In this document: one piece after another, positions 15,896 through 20,000 of the stretch
Layout of the letters: each line of letters starts with the position of its first letter
How positions within the stretch are numbered: the stretch's first letter is position 1
Virus record (IMG/VR): IMGVR_UViG_3300005142_000031
Strand: one strand, 5' to 3'
DNA length: 20,000 bases
Source of the DNA: an uncultured virus (IMG/VR IMGVR_UViG_3300005142_000031)
Lineage: Duplodnaviria > Heunggongvirae > Uroviricota > Caudoviricetes
The notes under the pieces: model-generated
Seen by the model: only the letters and a program-made list of their open reading frames with translations
Told to the model about the DNA's origin: nothing
The model's database searches: none
Translations under genes and position numbers: made by a program

Positions 15896-15920
15896 AAAGA
15901 AAAAGGGGGCCGAAGCCCCC
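15896..15920 (-). terminator. Rho-independent terminator
   Basis: Minus strand GGGGGC-TTCG-GCCCCC-TTTTTCTTT, shortly after the stop at 15937. Confidence 0.9.
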
Positions 15921-15936
15921 GCTGCCGCTCGGCACC

Positions 15937-16347
15937 CTAGCGCCGGTCAGTGACGCCGTGCTCGCTGATCCACCAGACAAGGCCCCGGCCCCCGGACGGC
16001 GGGTAGAGCTCGACCTCGTAGCGTTTGCCGAACGGGTGCGCGCGACGGATACGCCCATCGATGCCTGCCGGCATGAACTCGCACAGCGGAACCGATCGGA
16101 CCCATTCCTGGTCACCAAGCTGGGCGGCCCGGCGCAGCTCGTCGTGCATATCCTTGATTCGACAGGCCCAGGCGCCCGTCGTCTTGACCTGGGTGCCGAT
16201 GCGATACATTCCTTCCGAAGACGACCCCGCGCTCTCCCGGTCGCCCCCGGCCCAGGCAAACAGACCGATCAGTATTGCCGCCGCGACAAACCAGCCAAGG
16301 ATCTTCCGATCCTGCGCATCCTGCTGCTGTTCGATCTGATCTGTCAT
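15937..16347 (-). CDS. Membrane-anchored hypothetical protein (136 aa)
   Basis: ILGWFVAAAILIGLFAWAG hydrophobic segment; ATG after GAGGAG. Confidence 0.7.
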   Translation of the reverse strand: MTDQIEQQQDAQDRKILGWFVAAAILIGLFAWAGGDRESAGSSSEGMYRIGTQVKTTGAWACRIKDMHDELRRAAQLGDQEWVRSVPLCEFMPAGIDGRIRRAHPFGKRYEVELYPPSGGRGLVWWISEHGVTDRR

Positions 16348-16429
16348 GGCGTGTCTCCTCATGTGCAACGTCCCGACAGGATGCCCTCCCGCCGGGACGT
16401 TGTCAGCGACAAATTGGAAAGTCGTGCGC

Positions 16430-16753
16430 TCAGTCGTCGCGCTCGTACAGCTGTGCGCGCACAGCGGCGTCCTTGGCCTCGAGCAGCTTGCGCAGGGCTA
16501 CCGTGCGTTCCGGGTTGCGCGGCAGCGTCTCGACGATCTGCCGGGCCAGGTCGCAGAACGGCTGGCTGACCTGCTTCAGCTCGGGCCGCAGGTGCTCGTA
16601 GCGGAAGAACTGCAGAATCGGGTCCTGCTCAGGCAGCCCTTCTGCGGCGGCACCGATAGCCGTGCGATCACGGTCACTCGGTTCGTACTGGTTCTCACAG
16701 GCGGTGCACTCCAGCTTGCCGTCCGGCAACTGGACGATGGGGTCCTGGGTCAT
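16430..16753 (-). CDS. Small phage helical-hairpin protein, possibly Acb2/Tad1-like
   Basis: ILQFFRYEHL...VSQPFCDLARQIVETLPRNPERTVALRKLLEAKDAAVRA; N-terminal CTAC extension. The ORF is secure; the family link is tentative. Confidence 0.6.
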   Translation of the reverse strand: MTQDPIVQLPDGKLECTACENQYEPSDRDRTAIGAAAEGLPEQDPILQFFRYEHLRPELKQVSQPFCDLARQIVETLPRNPERTVALRKLLEAKDAAVRAQLYERDD

Positions 16754-17076
16754 CCTTCGACTCCCTCCTTGGGTTGGCGGGCCACCGCCCTCCGCCCGGC
16801 GACATAGCCGGCGTGGTGGCCCTTGGCATACGGATCGTCGCCGAGCTCCCGGTCAACCGGGATCAGCTGCTGGCCGAGCACGCCGAACGCGGCGTTCAGG
16901 TTCTCGACCGTCGGGTTGCCGCCCCGCTCGAACCAGCGTCGTATCGTCTCGAAGCTGACCCCGGACCGCTCGGCCAGGTCCTGCGGGCCGATGCGCTGCC
17001 GGGCCATCTCCGCGGCGAGGCGCTTGACCAACGGCACCGCGGTGTCCCGGCACCTGATCCTGCGGAACCGACGCAT
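16750..17076 (-). CDS. XRE/Cro-family HTH regulator
   Basis: IGPQDLAERSGVSFETIRRWFERGGNPTVENLNAAFGVLG. Confidence 0.85.
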   Translation of the reverse strand: MRRFRRIRCRDTAVPLVKRLAAEMARQRIGPQDLAERSGVSFETIRRWFERGGNPTVENLNAAFGVLGQQLIPVDRELGDDPYAKGHHAGYVAGRRAVARQPKEGVEG

Positions 17077-18164
17077 CAGGCGACAGTCCCGGGCAGCGGG
17101 CCCTTGATCGGCTTGTTGGCCTGCTTCTGGCGGATCTGGTCGATCTTCAGCCAGACCCGGGCGAGCTCGGCCTCACCGAGTCGGTGCATGTCCATCTTGT
17201 GGGCGAGGCACAACGCCGCCAGGGTAACCATCACCCCGCCGACCTCCTGGGGCGGGTGGCCGATCTCTCGGCCGTAGACGTAGTCGACCAGGGCCAAGGC
17301 GTCATCCTTCGACAGACCCAGGGCCTGGACGAGCTCGATCGCCTCCTCGAGGAACCGGCAACCCCGCTCGTAGACGTCGGTGGCGATCGTCTCGCCGAAG
17401 CAAGCCGTCAGCCAGGGTTGCACCCGGTCCTGGAACGCCCCGGCCGCACTGTCGGTGCCGTCCGGCGTCGGCGCCGCAGCGAGCATGGCGCGGTAGCGGA
17501 TGGTATGCTTCTCGCGCACCGACACGTAGTCTGCCGTCGGCCGATGGTCGGGCGACATCGCCTTGCACGCCGCGTCGATCATGGCACCGGTTGGTTCGGG
17601 CGGCACCACACTCCAGCCCGGCGGCACAACCTGCCCCTTCAGGACATTGAGCACCCAGTCGCGGCGCGCCTCGGCAGTCTCGGCGTCCGGGCCATAGACT
17701 TCGATGACATGGCCGTGGCTGGGCTGGTCGATGCCGGCGACGTACATCTGAATGTCCCGATCATCGACTGCCCCCTCGACATCGGAACTGGGCATCAACG
17801 TGCCATCGAACGGGCTGTCCTCGGGCGGGAAGGCCCATCCCTCCTTGGGATCGGAAGGCTCTACCGTGTCGTAGCCGGCGAGCTCGTCCGGGGTCGGCCG
17901 GCGCCACTCCCCCTTGTACTCGACGTCGTACTCGCCCCAGCAGTCGGGATGTCGGACCTCGACCAGACGCGACAGGCCTTCCCACACCCACAGGCCGTGT
18001 CCGGGCGGGTCGCCCAGGCCCAGATCGTTGGTCGCCTCGCTGACGTTATTGATGTCCTCGTCGATGCCGGGGTTGTCGTCTTCAGGCGGCGCAAGGTCCT
18101 TCACCACCCAACCCGTGCCGGTGATCTTGGAACAAGCCACCAGGACCTTGATCTTCATTGCCAT
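17076..18164 (-). CDS. Mosaic protein: acidic N-terminal domains, EaA/Ead-like segment and MazG-like (all-alpha NTP pyrophosphatase) C-terminal domain
   Basis: PPGWSVVPPEPTGAMIDAA...YRAMLAAAP, then FQDRVQPWLTACFG...RFLEEAIELVQA...QEVGGVMVTL. Confidence 0.68.
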   Translation of the reverse strand: MAMKIKVLVACSKITGTGWVVKDLAPPEDDNPGIDEDINNVSEATNDLGLGDPPGHGLWVWEGLSRLVEVRHPDCWGEYDVEYKGEWRRPTPDELAGYDTVEPSDPKEGWAFPPEDSPFDGTLMPSSDVEGAVDDRDIQMYVAGIDQPSHGHVIEVYGPDAETAEARRDWVLNVLKGQVVPPGWSVVPPEPTGAMIDAACKAMSPDHRPTADYVSVREKHTIRYRAMLAAAPTPDGTDSAAGAFQDRVQPWLTACFGETIATDVYERGCRFLEEAIELVQALGLSKDDALALVDYVYGREIGHPPQEVGGVMVTLAALCLAHKMDMHRLGEAELARVWLKIDQIRQKQANKPIKGPLPGTVA

Positions 18165-18181
18165 CGTCCCCTCCTTGGGTT

Positions 18182-18195
18182 TGCAATCGATTGCA
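18182..18195. repeat. 14-bp palindrome copy 7, TGCAATCGATTGCA
   Basis: Perfect palindrome between the stop at 18196 and the SD of the 18164 gene. Confidence 0.95.
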
Positions 18196-18417
18196 TTACT
18201 TACCCTGGGCGGCCCGCGATCCCAGACAGGGGGCGAACAGGCACCTCAGGGCATCGCTGCGCTTGACCTCGGCCTTGCATTGGGCGCAGGCGACCCGGGC
18301 GCTGCCGGTCAGCGTCTCGGCGGTCGCCATCGAATGACATACCTTGCGGTTCGGCCGACCCGAGGCGAAGTGGTTGCCGCCGGCCTTCAGGCGCAGCTGT
18401 GGACGTTTCTGGCTCAC
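18196..18417 (-). CDS. Hypothetical basic Cys-containing protein (73 aa)
   Basis: GTG after GGGGAGGGG; CAQC and CLFAPC motifs. Confidence 0.55.
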   Translation of the reverse strand: MSQKRPQLRLKAGGNHFASGRPNRKVCHSMATAETLTGSARVACAQCKAEVKRSDALRCLFAPCLGSRAAQGK

Positions 18418-18442
18418 GTAGGTCCCCTCCCCCTCTCTCGGG

Positions 18443-19153
18443 TCATCGATCGTCGACGAGACAGTCGTGCTTGCTGCCAAGGCGTTGCAGGGCAGCCGTC
18501 TCCCGCTCGTCGAACGACAGCCGGTAGCGCTGCTTCACCGCGACCCACCGGCTGATGTAAAGGCAGACGGCGCCTTCGTTCGGCGGCAGCCAGTCCTCCG
18601 GGCCCCTGTCCGATTTCTCCTGGTTCAGCCCGTCATCGACCAGCAGCAGGTTGAACGGATCGTTGGCAAACGCCCGGCGCCGGTCCTCGTCCCAGCCCCA
18701 GGCCCCCGAGCGATGCGCCTCGGCCAGAGGCACAACATGGTCGACGTCGATCGCCGAGGCGAACACGTAGACCTTGCCGCTGTACCAGTCGTGCCAGAGT
18801 CCGGACCGCACCGTGCAACCGCTGTCATTGAACAGGACAGCGTCGGGCAACAGAGACCGCTCGACCAGCAGTTCGGCCCGGGTGTCGAGGCAGTCGCCGT
18901 CCTCGTCGATCCAGTGGTCGTACAGGTCGCGGTCGTAGGGGTTGGCGATCAGATCGACCGAGAGCGCAGGCACCTCGTCGGGCATCGGGACGTCAGTCGG
19001 CCCGTCGGCCAGGGCGGCGGCCAGCGGCAGCCAGAACAGCAGGGATAGGGCCCCGCCGATCAGCAGGCCGCGGACCAGCGCGACGCCGTCCGGAGCCGGG
19101 TCGTCCGCCACGTCACGCGGTGGGGTATCGAGACTCGGGATCGCCGCATCCAT
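18443..19153 (-). CDS. Exported/membrane-anchored HNH nuclease (DUF1524 type)
   Basis: YDRDLYDHWIDEDGDCLDTRAELL, IDVDHVVPLAEAHRSGA, FANDPFNLLLV, NQEKSDRGPEDWLPP; hydrophobic N-terminal segment; start MDAAI after CCAAGGAGGG. Confidence 0.88.
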   Translation of the reverse strand: MDAAIPSLDTPPRDVADDPAPDGVALVRGLLIGGALSLLFWLPLAAALADGPTDVPMPDEVPALSVDLIANPYDRDLYDHWIDEDGDCLDTRAELLVERSLLPDAVLFNDSGCTVRSGLWHDWYSGKVYVFASAIDVDHVVPLAEAHRSGAWGWDEDRRRAFANDPFNLLLVDDGLNQEKSDRGPEDWLPPNEGAVCLYISRWVAVKQRYRLSFDERETAALQRLGSKHDCLVDDR

Positions 19154-19169
19154 GGCACCCTCCTTGGGT

Positions 19170-19340
19170 TCAGCGCAGACGATTCGGGTCGGCGCGATTG
19201 GCCTCGTTGTGCTCAAGCCGGTTGATCCGCAGCTGCAGGGTGCGGATCTCCTTGGCGATCCGGTGCAGCAGGGGATGGTAGGCGTCGGCCCCGCCGTCGA
19301 GCCGGGCGACGATCGCCTCGATCGACTCGGGCTCAGGCAT
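19170..19340 (-). CDS. Hypothetical protein (56 aa, MPEPESIEAIVARL...), below the ORF-track cutoff
   Basis: Translated by hand; fills the gap between neighbours and overlaps the upstream stop. Confidence 0.6.
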   Translation of the reverse strand: MPEPESIEAIVARLDGGADAYHPLLHRIAKEIRTLQLRINRLEHNEANRADPNRLR

Positions 19341-19533
19341 CGGTGACACTCTCGTCCCGGGCCCGCTCCTTGAGGCGCTGCCACTCGTCGGGGTCGACCA
19401 GCTTGAAACCCAGGTGCTCGGCCACCTTGTGGACGATCTCGCGGGGCGTCATGTGGTTCTTGAAGTCGCGGATGGCGAACTCGGCGTGCATCACGCGAAT
19501 GTCGTCTTCCGGGATCAGGGTCTTTTCGGACAT
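19333..19533 (-). CDS. Hypothetical protein (66 aa)
   Basis: Purine-rich SD; GC-rich third codon positions. Confidence 0.68.
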   Translation of the reverse strand: MSEKTLIPEDDIRVMHAEFAIRDFKNHMTPREIVHKVAEHLGFKLVDPDEWQRLKERARDESVTDA

Positions 19534-19606
19534 CCTTCTCTCCCTTCCTTGGGTGGTGGGTCCGCGAACAGTATCTCGCAGAGGTCGGCGGTCTGTCCAG
19601 GATGGA

Positions 19607-19810
19607 TCAGACGTACTTGCTCAAGGCGTCCCGCGCGCGGATCAGATCGTCCCACGCCTCGTCGAAACTATCCTCCAGCTCCCGCGCCCGGGCTATCAAC
19701 TGGTCGAGCTTATCTCGGGTCGCTGCCATCTCCTTCTCGATCTCATCGAGTTCGGCGCAGACCTGGGTGATCTTGGCACGGACCTCCTGGTCGAGCGGGT
19801 TGTCGGTCAT
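19607..19810 (-). CDS. Small coiled-coil protein (67 aa)
   Basis: Heptad-like acidic helix; starts 1 nt after the upstream stop. Confidence 0.72.
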   Translation of the reverse strand: MTDNPLDQEVRAKITQVCAELDEIEKEMAATRDKLDQLIARARELEDSFDEAWDDLIRARDALSKYV

Positions 19811-19811
19811 G

Positions 19812-20000
19812 TCACTTCCCTTTCCTCATCGCTTCCTCGAAGCCTTCGCGGTAGGCCGCCTTGTGGTCATCCGACCAGTGCCCCCAGGGCGTGCAAGCCC
19901 AGCCATAGGCGCAGTGCGTCGCCCCCATCCGCCGGGCACTTTCCAGCGTGGGGGCCTCGATCAGCCGTCTGTCGTTCTCAGCCCAGTTGACCTCGGTCAT
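19812..20000 (-). CDS. Hypothetical protein (62 aa or more; may extend beyond the window)
   Basis: ATG at the window edge; AYREGFEEA tail. Confidence 0.6.
   Translation of the reverse strand: MTEVNWAENDRRLIEAPTLESARRMGATHCAYGWACTPWGHWSDDHKAAYREGFEEAMRKGK

Larger units (their letters stand above)
1..20000 (-). mobile_element. Tailed dsDNA bacteriophage/prophage genome segment (accessory region, modification cluster, packaging genes)
   Basis: Large terminase, ParB-like gene, dNMP kinase and many small co-oriented ORFs with overlapping stop/start codons; no host housekeeping genes. Lytic phage versus prophage cannot be decided here. Confidence 0.93.

Noticed and set aside
676..18195. Palindrome copies as a CRISPR array or transposon ends
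   Set aside because: Only 14 bp, kilobases apart, with no spacers, cas genes, transposase or target duplications.

Overview
GC-rich (roughly two-thirds G+C by eye) segment of a tailed dsDNA phage or prophage, probably infecting an alphaproteobacterium (inferred from a BTLCP/LapG-like protease, an alphaproteobacterial-style exported protein and promoter style). All credible genes are on the minus strand, tightly packed, and read from right to left. The order is: (i) an accessory/early region of small genes (12.2-20 kb) with an exported DUF1524-type HNH nuclease, an EaA-like/MazG-like fusion, two HTH proteins, a possible Acb2/Tad1-like sponge, a six-member tandem paralog family and a disrupted exported-protein gene; (ii) a five-gene sugar-tailoring cluster (PIG-L deacetylase, SAM methyltransferase, GT-B glycosyltransferase, WbqC-like protein, second GT-B glycosyltransferase; 7.1-12.1 kb); (iii) a stand-alone RarA/MgsA C-terminal-like protein, a dNMP kinase and an apparently split BTLCP protease; (iv) a ParB-like protein, putative small terminase and large terminase. 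The most notable signals are seven copies of an AT-rich 14-bp palindrome TGCAATC(G/A)ATTGCA about every 3 kb (two embedded in coding sequence), the candidate glyco-hypermodification operon, and the six-paralog array sharing a gapless C-terminal module. No integrase, structural genes, RNA genes or CRISPR arrays were seen. All family assignments are from motif recognition by eye, not database searches.
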